Source of the DNA: Sphaerodactylus townsendi
Lineage: Eukaryota
Assembly (NCBI RefSeq): GCF_021028975.2
Contig: NC_059436.1
Location: 35,402,001-35,466,000 of the forward strand
Length of the DNA stretch: 64,000 nt
Direction of reading: 5' to 3'
The position numbers and the translations under genes were made by a program. Positions 12,915 through 25,020 of the stretch are shown here, piece after piece. The notes beneath the pieces are model-generated. The model worked only from the letters and a program-made list of their open reading frames with translations. It did not search any database and had not been told where the DNA came from. Numbering within the stretch: position 1 is the stretch's first letter; each line of letters begins with the position of its first letter.

Positions 12915-13524
12915 GTGAGCTTCCATTTGCTTTTGCCATTTGAGGCATCTAGGAGGTCTATGGCTTCTGTTAGAGAAGCAGTGGGGAATAGGCATAGAAA
13001 CAGACCATCAGCCCAAATATGTCTGCAGGCCTCATCTCTGCCCCACCCCCCACGCCCCAATTACAGCTGCTATTCCTGAGGCCAAACTAGAGCTGGCAGT
13101 CATTCTTCCTTTGTCCTTGGAGCTAGCCCTCCAGTAAAAACTATCCCCCAGGAGACAAGGTAGGAACTGCTGCAATAGCATTAATAAGAACCAGCCATCC
13201 AAGAACATTGTTCTCTCTAGCAGAATCCTGATTTCCTGTCTACTTTAACTAGTCTCTTGCTGGGAACAGAATGGGATTTGAAGAGCTTTCAGAACCCTCC
13301 TTATAGCTTTCCACTGTGACCCCCATCCTTCATCCCAAGAGAGTACACGGTTCTCCCCTCCTCTGTTTTACTCCCCCAAGAACCCTGTGAGGTCACCTAG
13401 AGCAAGAGACAACTGCTGGCTCAAGGTCAGCTGGTGGGTTTGATGGAAGGATGTTATTCACCTATTCGAATGTCCTTCCAGTTAGTGGAAAGGGCCCTAC
13501 TCAGGTGCTGCCTGTTTCCCATAG

Positions 13525-13646
13525 GTATACTGCTGGCGATGTGGTGATGATTCAGCCGCAGAATGCGTATGAGGAGGTGCAGCTCTTCTGTGATCTTCTG
13601 CGCCTGGATCCTGACAAGCATTTTGTGCTAAGACCTACAGAGTCAG
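13525..13646 (+). CDS. NDOR1: NDOR1 coding exon 7 (YTAGDVVMIQPQN...)
   Basis: catag|G ... G|gtatgg; diflavin reductase motif YxxGDxxxxxPxN; 122 nt. Confidence 0.95.
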
Positions 13647-13969
13647 GTATGGACGGCTTCCTGATGCTCTCTCCAACCAAATGGCCACTGAAAGCCGTTT
13701 GCAGTCCTGCCTGGCCCTCCACGGGTGGCTACTGTACTCTGCACCACCACCACCCGCCCCCTTGCGATCTGAGTAGCCTGCTCATTTTCATTGACTGGGG
13801 TGATGATGCCTGAGAGCTCCCCTGGAAATATTTCCTGCTGACCAAAGTCAGCTTCATGAGGGATGCTAAACAGAACCGTTTTCTTGCCATCTTCCGTGGA
13901 TGGCTCCCTAGGGAGAGTGCTGATGCCCTGGCAGAGATACTGATGTGTTTCTTCCTTGTGACATTTCAG

Positions 13970-14190
13970 ACACCTCCCTTCCTGCCTTTCTGCCCCAGCC
14001 ATGCAGCGTCCGTCACTTGGTAAGCCACTACCTGGATATCTCCTGTGTCCCTCGCCGCTCCTTTTTTGAGCTCCTCTCCTATTTCTCACCCAATGAACTG
14101 GAGCGAGAGAAGCTGCGGGAGCTCAGCTCTGCACGAGGCCAGGAGGACCTCTACGCTTACTGCAACCGGCCACGCAGGACCATGCTCGAG
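13970..14190 (+). CDS. NDOR1: NDOR1 coding exon 8 (TSLPAFLPQPCS...YCNRPRRTMLE)
   Basis: tttcag|AC ... GAG|gtagga; 221 nt. Confidence 0.95.
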
Positions 14191-14340
14191 GTAGGACGGC
14201 TCCACAAATCTCTCTGGGTCACTCTGCACCCTCACCCTGCATCCTGGAGGCTTTTCTGCCTTCATGTGCATTTCTGCTTTGTTTGGGGCTTTCCCACTAA
14301 CAGGCCCAACATTGTTTTCCTCTTCTCCCCGCTCCCCCAG

Positions 14341-14448
14341 GTACTCTATGACTTTCCTCACACAACTTGTGCCATTCCGTGCAATTATCTTTTTGACCTC
14401 ATTCCACGGATCAGGCCCCGTGCCTTCTCGATTGCTTCCTCAATGCTG
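14341..14448 (+). CDS. NDOR1: NDOR1 coding exon 9 (VLYDFPHT...IRPRAFSIASSML)
   Basis: ccccag|GTA ... CTG|gtaagg; FAD-binding motif RxFSIASS; 108 nt. Confidence 0.95.
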
Positions 14449-14877
14449 GTAAGGAAGATACTGTTTTGTTGACGATGCAGTTCATATAGCTCACTGAGTT
14501 TTCCAAGCAGCTTACTAACCGTTAAACAATGACAATAAAACTGTCAACCTAAAAACAGGGAAACAATCAAATGCCTCTAAAAACCAGGGCTACAGTGGCA
14601 GCAATAAGGTTACCCAGCAGAACTTCCAGTGTATTAAGCATCTTCGTCTTTTAGCATTTCATCCCTAAGGAAAAAGAAATGTATTCACCTGTACCCAAAA
14701 TTAGACAAAGGGTGAAGAGAGACAGGTGACCCAGGGAACAGAGTTTGAGTAGCCATTGAGAAGACTTTGCTTCCAGTAGATACCAGTCTTTCAGACCACT
14801 AGGGAGAGATATGGGTATATTGATGTATCCTAAAGTGAAATTTTGCCAGGCATCTCAATCTAGAAGACATACTGGAT

Positions 14878-15177
14878 GCAGCAGTGGCGTAGTGGTTAAG
14901 AGCAGGTGCATTCTAATCTGGAGGAACTGGGTTTGATTCCCCTCTCTGCCGCTTGAGCTGTGGGGGCTTATCTGGGGAATTCAGATTAGCCTGCACACTC
15001 CCACACATGCCAGCTGGGTGACCTTGGGCTAGTCACAGTTCTTTTGAGCTCTCTCAGTCTTACCTACCTCATAGGGTGTTTGTTGTGAGGAGGGAAGGGA
15101 AAAGAGTTTGTAAGTCTCCTTTGAGTCTCCTACAGGAAAGAAAGGGGGGATATAAATCCAAACTCTTCCTCTTCTTC
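14878..15177 (+). mobile_element. Squam3-type tRNA/CORE SINE, full length
   Basis: A box tggcgtagtgg, B box ggtttgattcc, CORE gctgggtgaccttgggctagtcac, (CTT)n tail. Confidence 0.85.
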
Positions 15178-15563
15178 AATCTGACATTCCAGGGCCTAAT
15201 TGTATATTTGGTGTCTCCGTCTCTCAGCTTGTTCCTTCTACTCAAACAGCTTTTGCCTCAGTCTTGTGTAGGGACCATCACTGAACTGCTGACCTTGAAA
15301 TCTTGGTCAGGCCCCTTTAAGAGTTGCTTTTCCCTGTTGGATTAGAGATGTAGGAAACCAACTGTATGCACAGGGGCAGAATGCATCTTGTGTTTGCTGA
15401 AAAAGAAATACAAGATGTACTCCATGCTGTTCATCCAGTTTGTCTTCTAGCAACTTGACTTTTTGGGTAATGGAGACCCAATGGCCTTGCACGATTCTAG
15501 CATGGTGAATTAATGAGCTCAGGTCTTGCAAGGATAGTGAGTCTGAGTACCTAACAACTCAAT

Positions 15564-15867
15564 GAGCAGCAGTGGCAAAGTGGTTAAGAGTAGGTGTACT
15601 CCAATCTGGAGGAACCAGGTTTGATTCCCCGCTTTGCTGCTTGTGCTGTGGAGGCTTATCTGGGGAATTTAGATTAGCCTGTGCACTCCCACACACACCA
15701 GCTGGTGACCTTGGGCTAGTCACAGTTCTTCTGAGTTCTCTCAGCCCCACCTACCTCACAGGGTGTTTGTTGTGAGGCAGGGGAAGGGAAGGGAGTTTGT
15801 CAGCCCCTTTGAGTCTCCTTACAGGAGAGAAAGGGGAATATAAACCCAACTCTACTTCTTCTTCTTC
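15564..15867 (+). mobile_element. Squam3-type SINE, full length
   Basis: Same consensus as 14878-15177. Confidence 0.85.
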
Positions 15868-16359
15868 AAGTGTTGCTCAGCCTATCTTAGTTAACTTGCA
15901 AAGGAGATAACTTGAAGATCCTTCCCCTTCCAGTTGTATAATTGAACATTTGTAATATTTGCATATTTCTCTGTCTGCTATATAAAGGGACTAGGGACTA
16001 GGCATTTCTTGCAGCTCAGCACTTAGTGTTTAAGTAATGGCCATATATAAACTGGCCCAATTTATGTAGATTTTATATGAGCTATACATAAAATCACAAT
16101 TTTGGAGGGCAATAGAGACTGCATTTTAATTTCAGAGACAGTTATTTCCTTATTTCAACAGAAGACGGTACTCAACAGGCAACTAGTAATTGGTTTTTAT
16201 TGACTGAAATTTGATTGAATTTTAATGTACCATTATTGTTGTCAGTCACCCTGAGCCCAAAAGGGAAGGGTAGCGTAGAAGTTCAATAATTAATAAACAA
16301 ACTTTTTAGCAGCGATGTGAGTCCCAAACTAAAATCCAAAAAAATTAGAACACAATCTC

Positions 16360-16600
16360 CCTAATATCCTCGTTTAAGGCCAATTAAATGCCATATAACT
16401 GCTGTGTGAGCTTTCAAGTTCACTAAAATCCTTCATCAGACTGGATATTCAAAAAAAAAATGTTTAAAGAGACAGGATATATATGGCTTCCAGTAGCTAT
16501 CTGTTAAATCATTTTTTATAACATGCAGCCTAATGAAGGATTTTAGTGAACTCAAAAGCACACAATAGGTGTCATTGGCTGGTCTCAGTAAAAGGTGTGG
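16360..16600. mobile_element. Second Penelope-like family, inverted pair of termini with a hammerhead core
   Basis: - strand CTGATGA (16439-16433) ... GAAAGCTC (16415-16408); mutated + strand mirror copy at 16530-16561. Confidence 0.55.
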
Positions 16601-17710
16601 AGATTGTGATTTCCACCCCACCCCTGGACTTTGGCTTCCCAATATTGCCTTAGGATCTATTTCCATGTCTGTCCTGCAGATAGTGTTATTTTATTTGTAT
16701 TTGTTTTCAATTTATACCCACACTATCCCTATAGGACTTTTTTTACTGACTCTGTAGAGCTAAGGGATTTGGTACCAAATCTTCTCCAGGCACCAAATCA
16801 GAAAGTTGCATTTGGATGAGAGAACCACAGGCAAGAATTATGATTACATTGCCTGTGAACATCAAGAAGCCCAGCTGGGACAGATCAAAGGTTCATTGAG
16901 TCTAGTGTCCTTTTATCAACAGTGGCCAACCGGACACTGTTTCAGGTAGCCCACAGCTACAGACTGTAGGCCACATCCTTCCGTGGCTCCTCTGCTGCCC
17001 AAGATTGGCACTCAGAGATACACTGCCTCCCAATATGAATTAGTCAGCTGCATTCAGATACATCTTGTGACTAACGTATTTATTGTGGCACAAGCCTCCG
17101 TGCATCAGAACGCACATTAGCAGGTGCATCGGAACTCTTTGTTTTATCTGTTCCACTGAAACATTTTGGATAATAGCATTGATAGACTTCTCATCCTTCC
17201 TGAATTTGTCTGGTCTCCTTTCAAAGATATCTGAACTAGTGATCTTTGCTGTACTTTGTTGCAGTGAGTTCCATAAGCTAATCATGCATTGGGCAGAGAA
17301 GTATTTTCTCTGTCCCAAATTTCCAGTTCATCATCTTTAGTAGATGCTCCTGTTTTCCGTGGGAGGTGAAATAAAAGTCCTTTCTCCTTTCCATTCATAA
17401 ACTTATAAAATTCTATCATATCTCCCCTTGCTCTTGCTTGAAAAATAAATTACCATCCCCCCCACCCCCATGGCTTTCCTTGGGAAGGGGCTCCAATCCC
17501 TTGATCGCCCTGGGTGCCCTTTTTGGCATCTTTATTCGTACCTCTATGATGCAAGTCCTTCTTCTGCAATACTTTTTTTGGAACCAGGTCCTTTTTTCTT
17601 TTCTCAAGAGTCTTTCCTTTAGCCCTGTCGGCTTGTCCAGGAGGTATCTGCATGTGAGATGTTCCACCCCGGATCCCATTTCTAGTTCTCTTCCCTATCT
17701 GTGCCCCTAG

Positions 17711-17825
17711 GCTCTTCCCAACAGAATTGAGATCCTCCTGGCTGTGGTGCAGTACAAGACCCGCCTTAGTAAACCTCGACGTGGCCTCTGTTCATCATGG
17801 CTTGCCTCCCTTGACCCACAGAATG
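17711..17825 (+). CDS. NDOR1: NDOR1 coding exon 10 (ALPNRIEILLAVVQYKT...RRGLCSSWLASL)
   Basis: cctag|GCT ... G|gtaagt; GLCS motif; 115 nt. Confidence 0.95.
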
Positions 17826-18482
17826 GTAAGTTTGGTGGCACTGAACATCAAGGATAGGGGGGTCCTGTCACATGCGCACGCACACGCACACACAGAGTAG
17901 AATGGTCTTTGCTTTTGCCATGTAAAGACTTCCCTCTTACCTTTGCTAATTTCAGTTTTATCCCAGCTCTGCTGTTGCTATTAATGTAGGCTCTTCAATA
18001 GATGTACAAACACAAGATGAACCCTGCTGGATCAGACCAGAGTTATTTGGACATGCTGTCTCCCACAGCAGCCATCCAGTTACCTCTGTTGGGGAATGAG
18101 ACATACGATCGTGCATAGATCAGATGCTCCCCCACCGAGGCACCAACCTCTCCAAATTCAGGTTGTATCAAAGAGCTACACGCTTTTGTTCAAAACCCCA
18201 TCCAGGAAGTGGAGCATACAAGATATTAGTAGGGCATACAAGATGGTTTTGCTTTGCTTTGTTATACAAAGATGAGTAGCTGTTTGTATGAAAAACAAAA
18301 TGACTCACGAGAAGAGCCATGCAGGGTCAGACCAAAGGCCCATCCAGTCCAACATTCTATCCACACAGTCACCCAACAGCTACCCCAGGAAGCCCACAAA
18401 CTGCAACGGCATCATCCTGCCTGTAATCCCCAGCAACTGGTTTAGAGGCATATTACCTCTGGTACTGGAGACGGTAGGTATC

Positions 18483-18905
18483 CAGTGGCAGAGCTTCAAG
18501 GGGGCGGATTGCACGCCTGGGGGGCGGAAAATCGCCCCAGACCCCTCCCCCTTCCCCCCACAGCACCCCCATGGTGCCCCCTACCCCCCTTCCCACACTT
18601 ACCTTAGTTCCTTTCCTTTTCCTAGAACTTTTTCAAGCTGAAAAAAAGGCCTGTTCACAGTACAGGCTAAAAATGGCCTGAGGAACTACAGTTCCCAGGA
18701 GACCTTGGGGCTCACAAGGTCTCCTGGGAAGCATAGTTCCCATCAGGCCATTTTTAAGCCTGAACTGTGAATAGGCCTTTTTTTCAGCCTGAAAAAGTTC
18801 TAGGAAAAGAAAGGAACTAAGGTAAGTGGGGAGAGGGGGGGGTGCCATGGGAGGTGGAAAATATAGACTGCGCACCGGGCGTAGTTTGGCCCAGCTACGC
18901 CTCTG
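18483..18905. mobile_element. Non-autonomous hAT (Tip100-like) element with a long internal palindrome, inserted in a CR1 relic
   Basis: TIRs CAGTGGCAGAGCT / AGCTACGCCTCTG; TSD TAGGTATC / TAGTTATC; internal inverted arms at about 18592-18830. Confidence 0.8.
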
Positions 18906-19141
18906 TAGTTATCCATCACAATTAGTAACCATTGATAGCCCAGTCCTCCATGCATTTGTCCACTCCCATTTTAAAGCCTTCCAAGTTGGCAGCCGTGACC
19001 ACATCCTGTAATAGCGAGTTCCACAAATGAACTATACACAATGTGAAGAAATAGCTCCTTTTGTCTGTCCTGAATCTCCCACCTGAACCTCTTCTGTTTG
19101 CCCTGCCTGCTGTGGGAGAGAGCTCTTTGTTCCATTGCCAG

Positions 19142-19288
19142 GGGCCGTAAGGGTGCCTCTTTGGGTGAAAAAAGGAGGCATGAAGTTCCCAGCTGATCCA
19201 GACTCACCCGCCATCATGATCGGGCCCGGCACTGGAGTGGCGCCTTTCCGAGCAGCGATACAGGAGCGGGTGGCCCAAGGCAAAAAAG
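19142..19288 (+). CDS. NDOR1: NDOR1 coding exon 11 (VRVPLWVKKGG...IMIGPGTGVAPFR)
   Basis: gccag|GG ... G|gtagat; NADP-binding motif GPGTGVAPF; 147 nt. Confidence 0.96.
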
Positions 19289-20061
19289 GTAGATGCTCTT
19301 GAATGGAAAATTATTAAGCTTGTTTTATGTTTTTATTGTAATGTTTCACTGTTGTTGCTGCCCTGAGCCCTTTGCGGGAGGGCGGGATATAAATCCAAAT
19401 AATAAATAAAAGATGTGGGGAAGTAGCTGTTGTGTGAGTGTTTTGCTGGAACTGGATGATGTCGGTAGCAGGTTGTGTGTTCTTTTTTCTTTCCTCCTCA
19501 AGCTGCCAATAGGTGGTGCTGTTGATTCTGCTTTGGAGAACACTCGTTGAAGCCATGGCAACGGAAAGGGTGTGGTGATGATGACGGAGGCAGATATTGT
19601 CCTGGGGTCTTATCACCTTCTGCTTTTAGGTCCAGTCTGATGCCAGGGGTTTGTTCCCATCTCTGACAGCAAGGTCCACCAATCCAGTATTGTTGCTGGG
19701 GCTGTTGATGAAGCTGAGACAGTTGATTTTCATCTCATGGTTAACAGATCAATGAACTGTCAGATTGAAATATGTTTCCGTATTTATCAAAACCTCAATA
19801 TTGGTGGTTAGAATCGGTGTCATTTGGATTCAATTCTGCTTTGAAACTTAGTAGGTCATTTGGATTCAAATGTCTGCTTTGAAACTTAGTAGGTGACCTT
19901 GTGCAGCCTAATTTATTTTGTAGGGTTGTTGTAAAGATAAAATGTTGGTACCCCCATGAACTCTGGGCTCATTAAAGGAAGGCCAGAGTAAAAAAGATTC
20001 TCATAAGTGAGAAAATAAAAACTTGAGATATTGAAGAAAATGTGAAATCACATACAATATT

Positions 20062-20369
20062 AGAAGAGGAGGAGTAGGAGTTTGGATTTATATCCCCCCC
20101 TTTCTCTCCTGTAGGAGATTCAAAGGGGCTTACAGTCTCCTTTCCCTTCCCCCCCCCCTCACAACAAACACCCTGTGAGGTGGGTGGGGCTGAGAGAGCT
20201 CTGAAGAGCTGTGACTCACCCAAGGTCACCCAGCTGGCATGTGTTGGAGTGCACAAGCTAATCTGATTCACCAGATAAACCTCCGCAGCTCAAGTGGCAG
20301 AGCAGGGAATCAAACCCGGTTCTTCAGATTAGAGTGCACCTGCTCTTAACCACTATACTATCCTGGCTC
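20062..20369 (-). mobile_element. Squam3-type SINE, full length
   Basis: Reverse complement of the same consensus. Confidence 0.85.
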
Positions 20370-20393
20370 TCAAAGTGCCATTTTGTGCTAGAA

Positions 20394-20541
20394 CAGGGGT
20401 AGGGAACCTGCGGCTCTCCAGATGTTCAGGAACTACAATTCCCATCAGCCCCTCCCAGCATGGCCAATTGGCCATGCTGACAGGGGGTGATGGGAATTGT
20501 AGTTCCTGAACATCTGGAGAGCCGCAGGTTCCCTACCCCTG
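20394..20541. mobile_element. Palindromic hAT MITE
   Basis: TIR CAGGGGTAGGGAACCTG; almost perfect 148-bp hairpin; 8-bp TSD TGCTAGAA. Confidence 0.92.
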
Positions 20542-21193
20542 TGCTAGAAGGAAGTGGCTACTTCTGTATTCCCCAGGGGCTGCTTGAAATGTTACACACC
20601 TAAACTCTAACACATGAAATGCAGGGAATGTGAGTTGCAATGGGTGTGTTGAACAGGAAGCCACACTTGATGGATTGGCTATTAAGGCCACTAGGAAAAT
20701 CTCAATGGCCTGGATGCCCGCCCCCCCAACAGGCCACCCTGGCCCCAACTGAGGGGTGACCCTCATGCCATCCTGTTAAGGAAGTCACAGCCCTCCAAAG
20801 GCTTCAAGCTGCAAAGGAGACAGCTAACCACCCTGTACAAGGCATGTCTTTCCTCCCTCCCTCAGGGGCAGTCCCAGCTTTGCTTTGCCTAATCTGTCAA
20901 TGGCCCTAGGCTGTACAGTAATGTCCCTGAGCCAAGCAGAGCCTCAGAGGAATGAGCCAGTGTGCTCTTAGATCCACACCCCCAACTGCTTACGAGCCAG
21001 GGCCTTCCATTAGCCAATCTGCCTGCTAAACCCTCTCGTAATTGTCTTGTCGTATTTGTTGCAGAGACTTCCACCAAGTCTTTCAATTTAAATTTTCAGA
21101 TTAGAAGAACCAAATCACAAAGCATTTATAGTGTACCATAGAATATTGTGACATGACCCAGTTGTGATGCTCCCGTGCTCTGCTTCTTTACAG

Positions 21194-21312
21194 GGAATTT
21201 CCTGTTCTTTGGCTGCCGACAGAGAAGCAAAGATTTCTACTGTCAGGCAGAGTGGGAGGAACTTATGAGAAAGGGTCTTCTGACGCTCTTCACAGCCTTT
21301 TCCCGGGATCAG
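21194..21312 (+). CDS. NDOR1: NDOR1 coding exon 12 (NFLFFGCRQRSKDFY...TAFSRDQ)
   Basis: tacag|GG ... CAG|gtgagt; LFFGCR and AFSR motifs; 119 nt. Confidence 0.96.
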
Positions 21313-21748
21313 GTGAGTTCAGAGCATGGAGTTCTGCTGGGGTCAGATGTCAATCCAGGCACAGTGTTCATATATTCTCCAACCCCTGGACTTATTTGCA
21401 GCTTGTTCCAGAATCATAGCTGAGCTGTGTTTATCAAGCCAGGGGTAAAGGAAAAGATACTGATATTGAAACCTGGACTGGTCAGTTCAGAGGCTCTGTA
21501 CTACCTGCATATGGCAGGGGCTGAGGTTGTGTGCTCTTATTCTGTGCCCACCTGGAAAAGGTTCTGAGACACACATTGGTAGACTTGGACAGTTCACTAG
21601 GCCTCAGATCTCAGGTTTCTGCTTTGAGTGGTCTTACATTTGGGACATGAGTGGTTGGGGGTCAGGGAGCAGATGCTTTCTCTAGTGTTGACCACACGGG
21701 GACTAGCCACAAGACCTTTAGCAACAGGCAATGGTAGTCAGTGCCATG

Positions 21749-22072
21749 GAAGAAGAAGAGGAAGAGGAAGAAGAGGAGGAGGAGTTTGGATTTATATCCC
21801 CCCTTTCTCTCCTGTAAGAAGACTCAAAGGGGCTTACAATCTCCTTTCCCTTTCTCTGCCCCCCCACCCAACAAACACCCTGTGAGGTAGATGAGGCTGA
21901 GAGAGCTCCGAAGAACTGTGACTAACCCAAGGTCACCCAGCTGGCATGTGTTGGAGTGCACAAGCTAATCTGGCTCACCAGAGAAGCCTCCACAGCTCAA
22001 GTGGCAGAGAGGGGAATCAAACTGGTTCTCCAGATTAGAGTGCACCTGCTCTTAACCACTACACCACACTGG
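21749..22072 (-). mobile_element. Squam3-type SINE, full length
   Basis: Reverse complement of the consensus, with an extended (CTT/CCT)n tail. Confidence 0.85.
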
Positions 22073-23224
22073 AGGGGATGAGGTGTTGATTTTCTTGCCA
22101 AATACATTCTACTTTGTACAGTCACAGGATGAACAAGAGCTGCAAAGCCTCTCTGTGTCTCAGGAGAGTTCACTAGGGTGCTCAAGTTCATCTTTGCAGC
22201 CATGAGGACTGGAAGCTCATGTTTCACTTTTTGAAATAAAGCTTTGGATTCTAACCGTCTCCACCTACACAGAATACAGCTCACTGGTGGAATTTCCCTA
22301 TGTTGGAGCACATTGTGTGGTTGTCAAAGTGGTTTCTAGTGCAAATACAGTGGGGTGAGGTGGAAGGGAAAGCAAAGGTAGCCCATCACAGGATGCCACA
22401 GCAGAGTCTCTGAACTTCTCAAGTCCCGGCCTGACCATCTGCATAGCATTCTAAGTCTACCACCTGTCCCATTGTGGCCTATGGGTGGGAAGAGATTGCC
22501 ATGGAATGTATGGGTGGTCTCCTTGCAGTTCCCTGCTTTGGCCAAAGCCTGGTTGGGGGTGCATGCAGCCTGCATCTTCTCCATAATCACTTGGGTCACC
22601 TGTTCAAGTCCCACCTAACAGCCAGGTTTCTATAAGTGGGAACCACAGTAGATCTCAGCCATTTCACACATGCATTCTTTGACCTTCATAATATAGAGAC
22701 TTCTGTGTTTCTCCAGTTTGAGCAACTAAGTTCCTTGTATTTACCTGATAAAAGTTCTGCCCTCCTCCTGACCTTGCAAGTGCATGTGTTTTGGCTGAAA
22801 TTATTGCTGCTTCCTGTTCGGTGCCCTCCAGTTTCTTACAGTTCTCGTTTTGAGAGTGATCATGTGTATTCTACGATTCTGTGAAAGTACAGGAACGAAT
22901 GCAGAAGGTTCTTTCGGCTGCGGTTCCAGCTTCTGAAAAACTTTTCTTTCTTGTAGTTTTGCTTGGGTGTGCATATTTTAATATAGCTCATCGCACTGAA
23001 AACTGATTTGTTGGTAAGCAGATTTATAAATCTCAAAACAAAATACATAACACATTTCCAGTCCTTGTGGAACTATTCAGATATTCTTGGAAATTTGTAG
23101 CTAAGTGAAATCTCCAAAGCCTTGAGAGGAAAGAGATCCTGATAGGAAGGAAGGGTCCTTCATCAATTAAACAAAGCTGACCTAATTAGATTAATCAGCT
23201 AAACATTCTTGAAATATTAATAAA

Positions 23225-23355
23225 GTGGCTGTTGTGGGCTTTCTGGGCTGTGTGGCAGTGGTCTAGTAGATCTTGAAGATCTACCAGACCATGGCCACAC
23301 AGCCCGGAAAGCCCTCAACCAGTTGAGTCTGGCCGTGAAAGCTTTCGACAATACT
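23225..23355. mobile_element. Penelope-like inverted terminal pair
   Basis: Hairpin centred on agatcttgaagatct, ending in gccgtgaaagctttcgacaata. Confidence 0.6.
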
Positions 23356-24339
23356 AATAAAGAGTTGCCTGATGTAATCAACTCTTAGCTAAGCAGGATC
23401 ACCCCTGGTTAGTATTTGGACGGGACACCATCAAGTTAAGCAAATATTTATTGTTCTTTTAACACAGGCCTGTATAAAAACTGAAGATGGCAGGGATAGT
23501 TTTAGAAGAAGCAACCCTCCTACCTTGCTCAGGAAGGGATGCCTCTTCTTTAAATATCCCTGCTAAGCCATTGTGTGTTCCTTAATAACAGCATCTACAT
23601 TTTTCTTTTTTCATGCTATTTTTTCTGCTCTGCAAAATTCGTGATTCATTAGGTGTCCAAACATATTTATTTGCTTTATTTATAGCCTTCCTTTCTCACT
23701 GGAACTAAAGGCTCAAGCTACAGAAGCTGCACAGTGGTGTTGATCTGATGCTTGAAATCTCACTGTGCCGCAGTCAGTGAATTCATAAGCCGTACAAGAA
23801 AAGCTGACCCTTATCCAGGGGTAAGAAAAGGGTCAGAAAAGCTGACTCTTTTGCTTGGAACTTTAAAAGTGATCATTTTCCTATTAGTTTTCCACTTCTG
23901 AGTTGCATGCATGGGAGGTCAAGGCTAGCCTTTCTGGCAGCAAGCTTTACTTGCCTATCAGAAGGACTCACACTGACATGAAAATAAGCCCCATTGAGAA
24001 CACTGAGACTTACTTCCTAGTATGCATTCACAGGGATGCACTGAGCAAAGGATGGTGGGACAACATGAAGGAAGACAGCTGAGCTCTTGCGCTGAGCTCT
24101 ATTATTAGCACTTGATCCAAAGAGAGCCTTGATTGGTTGTGGGGCCCGAAAACCCATTGCAACCAGTTGAATCTGGCTGTGAAAGCCTTCGATACTACAG
24201 AACCTTGATTGTTTGAACTTTTATCCAAAAAGACCATCTTTTGTTCAATCCTGTGAAAGTGTCCTGTGAATCTCCTGTGAAAGTGTCTCAGCTGTCAGGT
24301 GTTGGAAAGGACCTTTCTCTACCCATGACTATACAGTGT

Positions 24340-25020
24340 CTATTTGGGGATTGCACAATTGAGTATGATACAGCTGGAAAGACTACAATCTAAATTCTTA
24401 AGAGCAATCCTACAACTCCCTCCAGGAGTCCCAAATATTTTGATTAGGCTTGAAACAGGAGTAATGAGCCTAAAGGATAGGATGATAATAATAACGGCAT
24501 ATAAATGGATAAAGTTACACACTGATTCAAATGGTCTCTGGCCCCTTGTAGCAAAAGGTCCTTGTAAACCTAGGTGGGTTCATGATATGGAGAGGTGTCA
24601 ATAAATGCAGCCTTTCATATAACATCCATATGATCACAAACTGGGATCATTTTAAAAGTGAACTTGTCCAAAGAATTAAAGATGTATCACGACAGCTTGC
24701 TCTGGCAAGATATTCAGATTTTCCTCTCTCCCCTACACAGAAATATATCCCTGCCCTACTCCTTACTTAACTTACCTAGATAACAAAGATCTAAGGAGAG
24801 CATTTACTCTTGCAAGAAGTGCACATTTACCTTCTGCTGTTTTAGAAGGGAAATATCAAAAGATATCTTATGCTGCAAGGTTGTGTTCTTGCTCTCTGAA
24901 TTCTGTAGAAACTATAGAACATATGTTATTAAAATGCCCCCTCTATGAGGAGGCAAGGGAAAAATGCCTGTTACATCTATTACATAATGTGACATATTGT
25001 TCTGATAAAGTTTGCTGCAA
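24340..25020 (+). mobile_element. Decayed LINE ORF2 C-terminus (RTE-X-like)
   Basis: Frame-broken peptides LERLQSKFLRAILQLP...LIRLETG, RRAFTLAR and the CCHC knuckle CSC...ETIEHMLLKCPLY. Confidence 0.65.

Noticed and set aside
14878-14950. tRNA-like A/B boxes (also at the other SINE heads)
   Set aside because: No cloverleaf; they continue into CORE-SINE bodies.
19818-19895. Short tandem duplications (here ~37 bp; also 24250-24290, 42123-42264, 50579-50630)
   Set aside because: Ordinary slippage or repair duplications with no sign of function.
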